Source: an uncultured bacterium
GTDB lineage: Bacteria; Verrucomicrobiota; Verrucomicrobiia; Verrucomicrobiales; DEV007
Length of the DNA: 64,000 nucleotides
Assembly: GCA_963977015.1 (NCBI GenBank)
Contig: CAXBMO010000003.1
Span: 320,001 to 384,000 of the forward strand
Direction of reading: 5' to 3'
This document shows, piece after piece, positions 29,282-38,856 of the stretch; position 1 is the first letter of the stretch, and the number at the start of each line of letters is the position of its first letter. The notes under the pieces are model-generated. The model had not been told where the DNA came from and ran no database searches. It saw only the letters and a list, made by a program, of their open reading frames with translations. Position numbers and translations under genes: made by a program.

Positions 29282-29295
29282 GCCGAATCACCCCT

Positions 29296-30522
29296 TTGAC
29301 CACCCCTGACACAACCTTCCTCGAAGAGCTCAAAAGCCTCTCTCGCCCGGTGCGAATCTTGGCGATGGGCACGTTTGTGGACCGCTTTGGAGCCTACATT
29401 TACCCATTTCTTGTGCTCTTCTTAACCGACCAGGGTTTGAGCAAGGAATCAGCCGGATTCGGAATGGCTTGCGTTGGCATCGGAGGCCTTGGCGCCGGCT
29501 GGCTGGGTGGTTACCTTTCAGATTTAATTGGAAGAAGGAAAACCATCGCCATTTCGATGATTGGCGGGGGCTTTTTCGCCATATCCCTGTATCTCGCAAC
29601 CATCTACGCCACTCAACTAGGCGGATATTGGGCCACCTTTGTGGCGGCAGGTCTCTACGGATTGGTCCGTGGAATGTATCACCCGGCAAGCAGTTCACTG
29701 GTCGCTGACATTGTCCCGCCAAAAAACCGGGTGGCTGCCTTTGCGCTCCTTCGTTTTGCAATCAACCTCGGTTTCGCCCTCGGAATGATGCTCGGAGGTC
29801 ATCTGGCGGAAATTTCGTTCCTGATCCTGTTCCTCCTCGATACAACGACCTCGGTCATCTTTGGCATTGCCGCCGTGTTTTTCCTGCCTCAAGGCATTCG
29901 ATCCGAACGATCGCAGGCCAGCTGGATTCCTGCCCTTAAGGTGATGAAAGGTTCCAGAGCATTCCTTCTCGTTTTCATCAATGCGGGGATTCTTGCAATT
30001 GTGTTCGTTCAGATGGGATCTTCGTTTGCAGTCCATCTTCGGGACGGGAATTACGGGTTGAAACTCTATGGGTGGCTCATGGCATTCAATGGGCTTTTAA
30101 TCGTGTTTCTCGAAATGCCAATCAGCGCCTGGACTCGGAGATTTTCCGCTCCACACATGATTGCCCTGGGATCGCTGCTCGCCGGGCTCGGTTTCGCGAC
30201 CAATGCCTTTGCGGTGACCTGGATCGGCTTCTCGTTGGCGATGTTTACGTTCACTGTCGGGGAGATGATCTCGATGCCTGTGCAGGGCGCCTACGTCTCC
30301 CAACTCGCGCCAGAATCGATGAGGGGACGCTTCAACGGGGCGATCGGTTTCGCCTGGTCCGGGGCCAATGTTGTCGGCCCGATCCTTGGCTTGTGGCTAC
30401 TCGGCTTAGGATTCGAAGTCCTTTGTCTCACGATTTTCTGCCTGAACACGGCGAGCGCATTGATGCTAGTCCTCCGGCCAACCACCGCCCCCGCCCCCCA
30501 ACCGAGCCAAGTCGAGGGTTAG
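29296..30522 (+). CDS. MFS transporter (MdtH-like drug/metabolite exporter)
   Basis: About 12 hydrophobic segments; motif A GGYLSDLIGRRK, NLGFALG, T.GEMI, AP..MRGR.NG. Confidence 0.9.
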   Translation: MTTPDTTFLEELKSLSRPVRILAMGTFVDRFGAYIYPFLVLFLTDQGLSKESAGFGMACVGIGGLGAGWLGGYLSDLIGRRKTIAISMIGGGFFAISLYLATIYATQLGGYWATFVAAGLYGLVRGMYHPASSSLVADIVPPKNRVAAFALLRFAINLGFALGMMLGGHLAEISFLILFLLDTTTSVIFGIAAVFFLPQGIRSERSQASWIPALKVMKGSRAFLLVFINAGILAIVFVQMGSSFAVHLRDGNYGLKLYGWLMAFNGLLIVFLEMPISAWTRRFSAPHMIALGSLLAGLGFATNAFAVTWIGFSLAMFTFTVGEMISMPVQGAYVSQLAPESMRGRFNGAIGFAWSGANVVGPILGLWLLGLGFEVLCLTIFCLNTASALMLVLRPTTAPAPQPSQVEG

Positions 30523-30638
30523 GCAGGTTTTCGGGAAAAGTGTGGCATTTCCTTCGAATTTGTTAGACAACTCTTTGTGACTTTTTCGGCCATTTCAAGG
30601 GTCCAACAGGGCGGTGACGTGTTTTTACTTTGGAATGA

Positions 30639-30668
30639 TTGACAAAGTCACCATCGGCCAGCTAGCTT
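30639..30668 (+). promoter_or_regulatory. Putative sigma70 promoter of the pil/gsp cluster
   Basis: TTGACA-N18-TAGCTT, ~80 nt upstream of the first ATPase. Confidence 0.55.
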
Positions 30669-30749
30669 TCGGGTCCCTTTCCGCGGAGCTCCAGTTGTTG
30701 CAAGGCCTGCGGAAGGGGAAATCACGATAACGACCATCCCCACACAGCC

Positions 30750-32441
30750 TTGTATTCCAACCAAGAATTCCTCCTTACCCTGCTGCAAGAGAATGGGTCC
30801 GTAGATCAGTCGCTACTTGATCTCGCATCACAGCATCGACGGAATGTTGAGACTCCAGTTCAGACTCTCTTGAGGATTGGGCAGCTTACCGAAGAAACGG
30901 TCGCTCAAACTCTGGCGTTCGCCTCAAACATGGAGACCGTCGATCTCAATCAGTATCCGATTGATGAGAATGTCGTTAAAATTGTCACGGCAGCCGACTG
31001 CATCCGCTACCGGATGCTTCCATTGGCGTTTGATGGCACGAATTTGATCGTGGCGGTTGGCGATCCCATGAATATGGAGACCCTTGACAGTCTCCAACAC
31101 GTCCTTCCCTACCCTCCCGAGTTTGTCTGTGCCCAGATTGGCCAGATCAACAAATGCATCGCGGACTACTTTGCCGGCGAGATTGACGGAGAACTCGCCA
31201 AGCAGATCGACACGAATGCAGTTTCGGTAAAGGGAAACATGGATGAGGGCGCTCCCGTGTCTGGTGAAGATGCGCCCATCATCAACTTGGTAAACCAACT
31301 CTTGGCGGATGCCTTCCAAAACCGGGCCAGTGACATTCACGTCGAGCCACTGGAGAAAGAGGTTCGAATTCGTTATCGGATTGACGGTGCGCTTCATCAC
31401 ATGGCCAGCCACCCGTCGAAGCTCCTCCCGTCCATCGTCGCCCGGATCAAGATCATGACCGGGTCGATGTCGATCGCGGAAAAACGAATCCCCCAGGATG
31501 GACGAATCCAAGCCAACATGGGGAATCGGGAACTGGATTTGCGGGTAAGCACGATCCCGACCAGTTGCGGAGAATCCATCGTCATGCGGATTCTCGATAA
31601 GAACTCCCTGTTGCTGGGCCTTCCCCAACTTGGATTTTTCACGGACGACCAGGAAAACTTCGATCGCCTCATTCGCCTTCCTGACGGGATTATCCTCGTA
31701 ACCGGACCGACCGGTTCCGGTAAAACGACGACGCTTTACGCCTGTCTGAACGAGATCAACAAGCCTGACCGCAAGATTATCACGGTTGAGGATCCGGTCG
31801 AATACCAGCTCTCCGGAATCAACCAGGTGATGGTTAAGGAGGACATCGGCATGACGTTCCATGCCGCGCTTCGCTCCATTCTGCGGCAAGCACCCAACAT
31901 CATCATGATTGGTGAGATTCGCGACCTGGAAACCGCAACGATTGCCATCAACGCCTCGCTCACCGGTCACCTGGTCTTCTCGACACTCCACACGAACGAT
32001 GCGCCTGGAGCTGTCGCTCGATTGGAAGACATCGGCGTAAAACGGTTCCTGATTTCTTCGGCGGTGCGTTCGATCATGGCGCAACGCCTGGTCCGCCTCC
32101 TTTGTGACGAATGCAAAAAGCCGGGAGGATTGACCGATTCCGAGATGAGGCGACTCAATTTGGATGCGCAGCAGGTTGGTCACGCAGACGTCCGAGTCCC
32201 CGGCGGTTGCCGGGAATGTCGAAATACCGGTTACCGGAGCCGGAAAGGGATTTTTGAAATTCTCAACATCACTGATGACATCGCCAGAATGATCAATGAT
32301 GACCTAACCACGACACAGCTTCGAAAACGGGCACGGGAACAGGGAATGCGAACCCTTCGCGAGGACGGAATTCGAAAAGTCCTCGCTGGAATCACCTCAG
32401 CGTCAGAAATCGTGCGTGTAACCATGGCAGACAGCGATTGA
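30750..32441 (+). CDS. pilB: Type IV pilus/T2SS assembly ATPase (PilB/GspE family), copy 1
   Basis: ASDIHVEP, RIPQDGR, GPTGSGKTTT, TVEDPVEY, LRQAPNIIMIGEIRD, GHLVFSTLHTND, CDEC...CREC zinc motif. Confidence 0.92.
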   Translation: MYSNQEFLLTLLQENGSVDQSLLDLASQHRRNVETPVQTLLRIGQLTEETVAQTLAFASNMETVDLNQYPIDENVVKIVTAADCIRYRMLPLAFDGTNLIVAVGDPMNMETLDSLQHVLPYPPEFVCAQIGQINKCIADYFAGEIDGELAKQIDTNAVSVKGNMDEGAPVSGEDAPIINLVNQLLADAFQNRASDIHVEPLEKEVRIRYRIDGALHHMASHPSKLLPSIVARIKIMTGSMSIAEKRIPQDGRIQANMGNRELDLRVSTIPTSCGESIVMRILDKNSLLLGLPQLGFFTDDQENFDRLIRLPDGIILVTGPTGSGKTTTLYACLNEINKPDRKIITVEDPVEYQLSGINQVMVKEDIGMTFHAALRSILRQAPNIIMIGEIRDLETATIAINASLTGHLVFSTLHTNDAPGAVARLEDIGVKRFLISSAVRSIMAQRLVRLLCDECKKPGGLTDSEMRRLNLDAQQVGHADVRVPGGCRECRNTGYRSRKGIFEILNITDDIARMINDDLTTTQLRKRAREQGMRTLREDGIRKVLAGITSASEIVRVTMADSD

Positions 32442-32481
32442 TCATCCCCACCACTCCCCACTTTCGAAGAGCAATTTTTTC

Positions 32482-34152
32482 ATGAACGCACCTACCATTA
32501 TCGACCTCCTGATCAGCCGCGATCTCATCGACGCCGCTCAGGGTGAAGACATTCTCAGCCAGTCCATGGGCTCGGAGAAGAGTGTCGTCGAAATCGTTGA
32601 AGACTATGGAATCCTCAACGCGGATGCCCTCTACAACATGATTGCGGAGGATATCGGCGGGGTCTATTTCGACCTCAGTGAGTTTGAGCCGTCCGCCCAG
32701 ATTCTCGGGATTATTCCTCCCGGCACCGCCCGTCTTCACGAGGCATTCCCGATCCAGTTCGACGAGACCGCGCTTTACGTGGCCTTGGCGAACCCTCTCG
32801 ACCCCAACGTGGTCGACGATCTCCGCTTCACCTTGAATCAGGAAATCCGGGTGGTGGTGGCGAATCCCGCCCGAATTCGGGAGCTGATCAACACCTTCTA
32901 TGCTGACGCCGGCCCCTCGGACATCAACGACGTACTTTCCGAGCTGGGCAGCCCTGGCGGGGATCTTTCCGCCGATGACCTCGAAGCTGAAGCCAACTCC
33001 GCCCCGATCATTCGCTACGTTGACCTTGTGCTCCTGCAGGCAATTAAGGAGCGAGCCAGCGACATCCACTTCGAGCCCTTCGAAGATGACTTCAAAATTC
33101 GATACCGGGTTGATGGTGCGCTCTACGAAATGGCGCCTCCGCCACAACACCTTCAACTGACCATTTCTTCTCGGATCAAAGTCATGGCCAACCTCAATAT
33201 TGCGGAACGCCGAGTTCCCCAGGATGGCCGGATTATGATGACGATCGCGGGGCAGGCGGTCGATTTGCGGGTTTCGACTCTTCCGACCCAGTTTGGAGAA
33301 TCGATCGTGCTTCGTGTTCTTGACCGGAGTTCCGTAAACCTGGATTTGGAGAATCTGAATCTACCGGGTTATGTTTCGGAATACATCGAGGAAACGATTT
33401 TGAAGCCGAATGGCATCTTCATCTGCACCGGACCCACCGGTGCCGGAAAGACCACCACGCTCTACGCCTGCCTCCGGAAGATTAACACGCTCGATACCAA
33501 GATCCTGACGGCCGAAGACCCGGTTGAGTACGACATTGATGGAATTATCCAGGTTCCAGTCCAGGAAGCCATTGACCTCACCTTTGCACGCGTCTTGCGG
33601 GCCTTCCTTCGCCAGGACCCGGACCGGATTCTCGTCGGGGAGATGCGCGACCTGGAAACCGCCCAAATTGCGATTCAGGCATCCCTGACCGGTCACCTGG
33701 TATTCTCAACCCTTCATACCAATGATGCCCCCGGAGCGGTGACCCGACTCGTCGATATGGGTTGTGAGCCCTTCCTGGTGGCAGCAACGATGGAGGGAGT
33801 GCTTGCCCAGCGCCTGCTGAGAACCGTGTGTCCCGACTGTCGTGTTCCGTATCAACCGACCGAAGCCCTTCTCGGAAAACTCGGCCTCAAACCGCACGAG
33901 ATCGGCAACAACCAATTCTACACCGGCGCAGGTTGTAATACCTGTAACGAAACCGGCTACAAAGGGCGCCAGGGCCTTTTTGAGTTGCTGGATATGAGTG
34001 ATCCCTTGCGGGACTTGGTGACGCAGCGAGTCGGCACGTTGGTTCTCAAACAAAAAGCCGTGGAAATGGGAATGAAAACGCTTCGGGAAGATGGCCTGCG
34101 CTGTATTTTTGAGGGCATCACCACGATCGAAGAGGTCCTCAAATACACTTAA
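32482..34152 (+). CDS. pilB: Type IV pilus/T2SS assembly ATPase (PilB/GspE family), copy 2
   Basis: ASDIHFEP, RVPQDGR, GPTGAGKTTT, TAEDPVEY, LRQDPDRILVGEMRD, GHLVFSTLHTND, CPDC...CNTC. Confidence 0.92.
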   Translation: MNAPTIIDLLISRDLIDAAQGEDILSQSMGSEKSVVEIVEDYGILNADALYNMIAEDIGGVYFDLSEFEPSAQILGIIPPGTARLHEAFPIQFDETALYVALANPLDPNVVDDLRFTLNQEIRVVVANPARIRELINTFYADAGPSDINDVLSELGSPGGDLSADDLEAEANSAPIIRYVDLVLLQAIKERASDIHFEPFEDDFKIRYRVDGALYEMAPPPQHLQLTISSRIKVMANLNIAERRVPQDGRIMMTIAGQAVDLRVSTLPTQFGESIVLRVLDRSSVNLDLENLNLPGYVSEYIEETILKPNGIFICTGPTGAGKTTTLYACLRKINTLDTKILTAEDPVEYDIDGIIQVPVQEAIDLTFARVLRAFLRQDPDRILVGEMRDLETAQIAIQASLTGHLVFSTLHTNDAPGAVTRLVDMGCEPFLVAATMEGVLAQRLLRTVCPDCRVPYQPTEALLGKLGLKPHEIGNNQFYTGAGCNTCNETGYKGRQGLFELLDMSDPLRDLVTQRVGTLVLKQKAVEMGMKTLREDGLRCIFEGITTIEEVLKYT

Positions 34153-34322
34153 GAGACATTTTCCGCCGCGAACCGAGATCTGATTTCCGCTGAAATTGCA
34201 CCATTTAACCCGTTGCAATCTTTCAGGTCATTCTGAATTTATCCCGGAATATCATTTACTTCCTGCTAGGACATTTTGTATTTTTCACTGTAAATACCTC
34301 TAAATCCCGGAACTAGACACCC

Positions 34323-35597
34323 ATGCCCAATTTCGAATACATCGCCCTCGACGCGAAAGGTCAGGAAACGACTGGCACCATTTCAGCGGCAAACGAGGCG
34401 GATGCCTATACCCAACTTCGCCGGAATGGATTGTATCCCACCAAAGTTGGTGAGCAGTCGAAAGGGGGTGTCGGTGGTCAGGCAAAACGGAAGGCAAAAT
34501 CAGCTCAGAAAAAGCGTGCCGCCGGTCGAAAAAAATCCAGTGGAAGCGTTACCCAAAAGACGCTGATGCTTTTTACCCGGCAACTTGCGACTCTGGTCGA
34601 TGCCGGCCTGCCCCTCCTCAAAGGATTGACGGTCCTCGGTGATCAGGAGAAAAACCCCAACATGCGAAGCGCCATCAACACCCTGGCGGACAGCGTCCAA
34701 ACGGGTTCGACGTTTTCGGAAAGTCTTGGGCAGCACCCAAAAATCTTCAACAAGCTCTACGTCAACATGGTGAAGGCTGGTGAGCTTGGTGGTGTCTTGG
34801 AAGTGGTCCTTAATCGACTCGCGGAATATCAGGAAAAGGCCCAAAAACTGAAGAACAAGATCGTCGCCGCGATGGTGTATCCGGTCATCGTGATGATTAT
34901 CGCGGTCGGTATCATTATTTTCCTGCTTACTTTCATCGTTCCCAAGTTTCAGAAGATTTTTGACGAAATGCTTGGCGGCAAAGCGCTTCCACCTGTGACG
35001 CAATTTGTCATCAACGCGTCCGATCTCGTACAGAACAATATCATTGTGCTGATTGGGGGTGTTCTCGTCCTTTTTGCCCTCTGGAAATTGGTGCAGGCGA
35101 CCAAAGGCGGTCGGCGCGTGATTGATCAGCTCAAACTCAAGATTCCCGTATTTGGGCCGGTTCAACAGAAAACGGCCATTGCGCGGTTTTCGCGCACGCT
35201 CGGAACCCTCGTCAGCAGTGGTGTGCCCATTCTTCAGGCCTTGAACATTACTCGCGACACGGCCGGAAACGTGGTGGTGTCCAACGCGATTGACAAGGTT
35301 CACGAAGCAGTTCGCGAGGGTGAGTCGATCGTTCATCCACTGGAGGCAAGCCGAGTTTTCCCTCCGATGGTGATCAGTATGGTTCAGGTGGGTGAAGAAA
35401 CCGGACAGTTGCCGGATATGTTGATGAAAATTGCCGATGTCTATGACGACGAAGTTGATACGGCGGTAGCCGGCCTTACCTCGATGTTGGAGCCAATCAT
35501 GATCGTTATTCTTGCACTGGTAGTTGGAACGGTTGTGATGGCATTGTTTCTTCCACTGGTCAGCATTATCACCAACCTGCAAAACCAGGCGGGATAA
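34323..35597 (+). CDS. pilC: Type IV pilus/T2SS platform protein (PilC/GspF)
   Basis: FTRQLATLVDAGLPL, MVKAGELGG.L, AMVYP, VPKF, FSRTLGTL.SSGVPIL, VGEETG.L, LEP, ALFLPL. Confidence 0.94.
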   Translation: MPNFEYIALDAKGQETTGTISAANEADAYTQLRRNGLYPTKVGEQSKGGVGGQAKRKAKSAQKKRAAGRKKSSGSVTQKTLMLFTRQLATLVDAGLPLLKGLTVLGDQEKNPNMRSAINTLADSVQTGSTFSESLGQHPKIFNKLYVNMVKAGELGGVLEVVLNRLAEYQEKAQKLKNKIVAAMVYPVIVMIIAVGIIIFLLTFIVPKFQKIFDEMLGGKALPPVTQFVINASDLVQNNIIVLIGGVLVLFALWKLVQATKGGRRVIDQLKLKIPVFGPVQQKTAIARFSRTLGTLVSSGVPILQALNITRDTAGNVVVSNAIDKVHEAVREGESIVHPLEASRVFPPMVISMVQVGEETGQLPDMLMKIADVYDDEVDTAVAGLTSMLEPIMIVILALVVGTVVMALFLPLVSIITNLQNQAG

Positions 35598-35624
35598 AAC
35601 CCAACCCCTCAGACCTCCCCTCTT

Positions 35625-36224
35625 ATGAAAATCGTAAGCAATAGCCAACAATGCCACCGAGGATGGACGCTCACGGAACTTCTCTTCGTGATGCTCATCA
35701 TGATCGGACTGGCAGGATTGGTCGCCGGTTCGATTGGCCCCGTAAAAAACAGGGTGACCCGCTATCAAGCAAGTGCCCAACTCGGGATGTTGGCGACTGG
35801 ATTGGCGGACTATAACTCCGAATATGGCGGTTTTCCGATCTGCGAAGACTTGGCGGATAGTGGAAACATCCTTTACAAAACCTTGTTTGGTGATTTTGAC
35901 GAGTCGGGCAAACCGGACTGGCTGGCGACCGACAAAAACGATGGTGCCGTCAAAACGTTTGTCACCAAACTCCAGCCCCACCCCAATGTTCTAGACTCAG
36001 ATCCCGAGACGCTCCCTCAAGGAACGACCTATGTTCTGGATTTGGATAATGGGCTTACGGTCGTGGATCCGTGGAATATGCCTCTGGGCTACATCAACTT
36101 CCGGAAAGGCCAGAATTCGCAGGTTCCGAACGGTGGGGGTGCCAAGAATCCCACCTACGACCTCTGGAGTTTCGGCAACGACCAGTCTTTCAAGAACGAG
36201 GCGACGTGGATCACCAATTGGTAA
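35625..36224 (+). CDS. Type IV pilin/pseudopilin (GspG-like)
   Basis: Class III signal RG|WTLTELLFVMLIMIGLAGLV with Glu+5; Y..EYG.FP, DPW..P..Y, YDLWSFG.D, ITNW. Confidence 0.85.
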   Translation: MKIVSNSQQCHRGWTLTELLFVMLIMIGLAGLVAGSIGPVKNRVTRYQASAQLGMLATGLADYNSEYGGFPICEDLADSGNILYKTLFGDFDESGKPDWLATDKNDGAVKTFVTKLQPHPNVLDSDPETLPQGTTYVLDLDNGLTVVDPWNMPLGYINFRKGQNSQVPNGGGAKNPTYDLWSFGNDQSFKNEATWITNW

Positions 36225-36291
36225 CGCGCAGATCGGGTAAGGCGTAACGAATTTCGAGCTTTTCGAATGTCGGCCAAGCGGTTTCCGCTCC

Positions 36292-37710
36292 CTACGAATA
36301 GCTTTTTCGCATGTGGCTGGGAAGAATGTCCAATTCTTCCCGGTATTTGGCGACGGTTCTGCGGGCAATCTTGATTCCCTTTTCCTCGAGCGCCTTTACG
36401 ATCGCCTGATCGCTGAGAGGTTTGTGAGGATCTTCTTCCGCTACAATTTCCGCGATCGTATCTTTCACGCTCGTGTTCGCGACACTCTCGCCACTGTCGG
36501 TCTGGTAACCAGTGGTAAAGAAGAACTTCATATCGAGAACACCCTGAGGGGTCGAAATAAACTTCCCGGCAATGGCACGACTGACCGTCGTCTCGTGAAC
36601 GCCAACGGCTTCCGCCACTTGCGCCATGTTCATGGGATGAAGATGCGCACGACCTTTGTCAAAGAAATCGACTTGTCGAATGACAATTTCTCCGGCGATC
36701 CGGCGGATGGTGTCCTGCCGTTGCTGGATGCTTTGAATTAAACTGCGACCGCTCCGAATCTTATCCTTGATGTAGCTTCGAACCTCCCGTTGGTCCCCTT
36801 TTTCCGCCATCATGTCCTTATAGGTGTTGCTGATTCGCAACCTGGGAACCTGTTCGTTGTTCAACCGGATCTGATAGTTCCCGTCCTCATCGACTTCGAC
36901 GAAAACATCCGGAGTGATAAAGCGATTATCTCCACTCTCGAAGAGTCGCCCCGGCTTGGGATCCAGCCGGCCGATGGTTTCCGCCGCCTGACTCACCTGC
37001 TCAGCAGTTACGCCCAGTTTTTTGGCAATCTGCGGGAAACGGCGCTTCGCAAGATCTGGGAGATGATCGTTGATAATTCGGTATTCGAGCCCAAACGGCT
37101 TTCCGCTGCGTTCAAGCTGGGCAATCAGGCATTCCCCCAGAGATTCCGCCCCTACCCCGGCAGGCTCAAAGGACTGGATAATGCTCTTGGCATTTACCAG
37201 GTCTTCCAGCGGGATTCCATTGCTTAAACTTAGTTCCTCAACCCCAATTTGGAGAAAACCGTTCTCGTCAAGATTGCCGATCAACATCTCCGCCATGCTT
37301 CTTGCCGGCTCCTCAATCCCCTCGGTGCTCAATTGCTCCAGCAAGCTCTCCTGAAGGGTTACCGGTCGGACCAGCGAGTCGAACATAAATTGGCGTTTTT
37401 CCTCATCGGCGGCGCTGCGTTGACTGACCTTGCGCGATTGGGCCATGTACTCCCGCCACTCATCGTCCATTTGCGAAAGCTTGGAAAACTCCTCCTCAAA
37501 CCCCTCATCGTCTTCGTTGAGATTCTGATCCTCAATCGAAATATCGGAAGTTTCATCCTCCAGGACCGGATTCGCGTTCAACTCCTGTTGGACCAAAGTA
37601 CGCAGCTCCAAAGTGGCAGCCTGCAAGATCTGCAGACTCTGCTGCATTTGCGGGGCGAGCTTCTGGGATTGTTTGAGCTCAGGCCGTTGAGAGAAGCCGG
37701 TTGATGACAT
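36292..37710 (-). CDS. rpoN: RNA polymerase sigma-54 factor
   Basis: L.PQMQQSL.ILQ, NPVLE, GNLDENGFL, EPAGVGA..L.ECL, HETTVSRA, PLSDQ, RpoN box ARRTVAKYRE. Start set at MSSTG. Confidence 0.97.
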   Translation of the reverse strand: MSSTGFSQRPELKQSQKLAPQMQQSLQILQAATLELRTLVQQELNANPVLEDETSDISIEDQNLNEDDEGFEEEFSKLSQMDDEWREYMAQSRKVSQRSAADEEKRQFMFDSLVRPVTLQESLLEQLSTEGIEEPARSMAEMLIGNLDENGFLQIGVEELSLSNGIPLEDLVNAKSIIQSFEPAGVGAESLGECLIAQLERSGKPFGLEYRIINDHLPDLAKRRFPQIAKKLGVTAEQVSQAAETIGRLDPKPGRLFESGDNRFITPDVFVEVDEDGNYQIRLNNEQVPRLRISNTYKDMMAEKGDQREVRSYIKDKIRSGRSLIQSIQQRQDTIRRIAGEIVIRQVDFFDKGRAHLHPMNMAQVAEAVGVHETTVSRAIAGKFISTPQGVLDMKFFFTTGYQTDSGESVANTSVKDTIAEIVAEEDPHKPLSDQAIVKALEEKGIKIARRTVAKYREELDILPSHMRKSYS

Positions 37711-37797
37711 TAAGGAAAGGTTGTTCGCAGATTCAACATATCTCAAGCATTTTTCGGGCCAACCTTACCAAAAAACATCCCTTGCGGACTAAACGGG

Positions 37798-38352
37798 ATG
37801 ATAGAGTATTCAATAATGTTTAATTCGTTCGATCCGGAAGACCCCCTTTCAGTAACCAAAACGGATGATCACTTTATGGGGGAGGCTCTCCGGCAAGCTC
37901 AGCTTGCGTACAAGGCCACAGAAGTGCCGGTTGGAGCCGTAATTATCCATGAAGGCCGGGTCATCGCACGGGGCTACAATCAGGTTGAACTCCTCAAGGA
38001 TGCCACGGCTCATGCTGAGATGCTCGCCCTGACTTCCGCTCAATCCGCAATCGGTGACTGGCGGTTGACCGACTGTGACCTCTTCGTGACCAAAGAACCA
38101 TGTCCCATGTGCGCCGGGGCCATTGTCCATTGCCGGATCAGACGAGTCATCTTCGGTTGTTCTGACGCCAAGGGAGGCGCTGCAGGTGGGCTCCTCAACT
38201 TGCTACAGGAGCCTTCTCTAAACCATCAGAGCGAAATTACCCCCGGTGTCCGAGAAGAAGAGTCTGTCGCCATGTTGAAGTCGTTTTTCGCAGAGGCACG
38301 CCAGCGAAGCAAGGCCGACAAGGGCCAACCTCCTTTTACGTCGGCAAACTAA
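37798..38352 (+). CDS. tadA: tRNA adenosine(34) deaminase
   Basis: EVPVGAVI, DATAHAE, WRL, EPCPMCAGA, LNH, L..FF...R. Start may be at 37816. Confidence 0.93.
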   Translation: MIEYSIMFNSFDPEDPLSVTKTDDHFMGEALRQAQLAYKATEVPVGAVIIHEGRVIARGYNQVELLKDATAHAEMLALTSAQSAIGDWRLTDCDLFVTKEPCPMCAGAIVHCRIRRVIFGCSDAKGGAAGGLLNLLQEPSLNHQSEITPGVREEESVAMLKSFFAEARQRSKADKGQPPFTSAN

Positions 38353-38738
38353 ACCGGAGCCGGCGGCAACGACGCCAACGGAGTTGCTTTTTCCCGCAGT
38401 TCCTTCACAAAGCGGTTCTTTTTGTCCACCAAGATCGCCTTTGGCTCGATTGGTTTTTCAGAAAAACAAAAACCGATAATGATGATTTCCTCTCCTGCGT
38501 TGATCAAGTGAGCGGCGGCACCATTCATCCCAATTCGCCCACTCTCCCTTTCACCTTCGATCACGTAAGTCTCTAATCGCGCACCGGAAGTGTTGCTGAC
38601 GACCAATACTTTTTGACCTGGCCAGAACCCTGCGCGTTCCATCAGGTCCACGTCAATGGTGATGCTACCCACGTAGTTGACATCCGCCTCAGTGACGGTG
38701 GCTTGGTGAATTTTGCCTTGGAGTACTTCGCGAAACAT
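38349..38738 (-). CDS. panD: Aspartate 1-decarboxylase proenzyme
   Basis: KIHQATVT, YVG|SITID self-cleavage site, G.RLETYVI, NGAAA. Start set at MFREVL. Confidence 0.95.
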   Translation of the reverse strand: MFREVLQGKIHQATVTEADVNYVGSITIDVDLMERAGFWPGQKVLVVSNTSGARLETYVIEGERESGRIGMNGAAAHLINAGEEIIIIGFCFSEKPIEPKAILVDKKNRFVKELREKATPLASLPPAPV

Positions 38739-38856
38739 CAAAAGATGCAGTTTGAGATGAAAAACAAGCATTACGGTCCAATCAGATGCTGGTGAAATCA
38801 ACTCTTAAGGGCAATGCTGACACAGGTGAGACATCAAGCACTGCTTTTCGGCCCCA

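Noticed and set aside
30543-30558. TGGCATTTCCTTCGAA as a sigma54 promoter for the pil cluster
   Set aside because: It lacks the GC at -12, and a sigma70-type promoter fits better.
30924-32183. 419-aa minus-strand ORF
   Set aside because: Antisense shadow of the first PilB ATPase.
34500-35981. 493-aa minus-strand ORF
   Set aside because: Antisense shadow of pilC and the pilin; no recognisable motifs.
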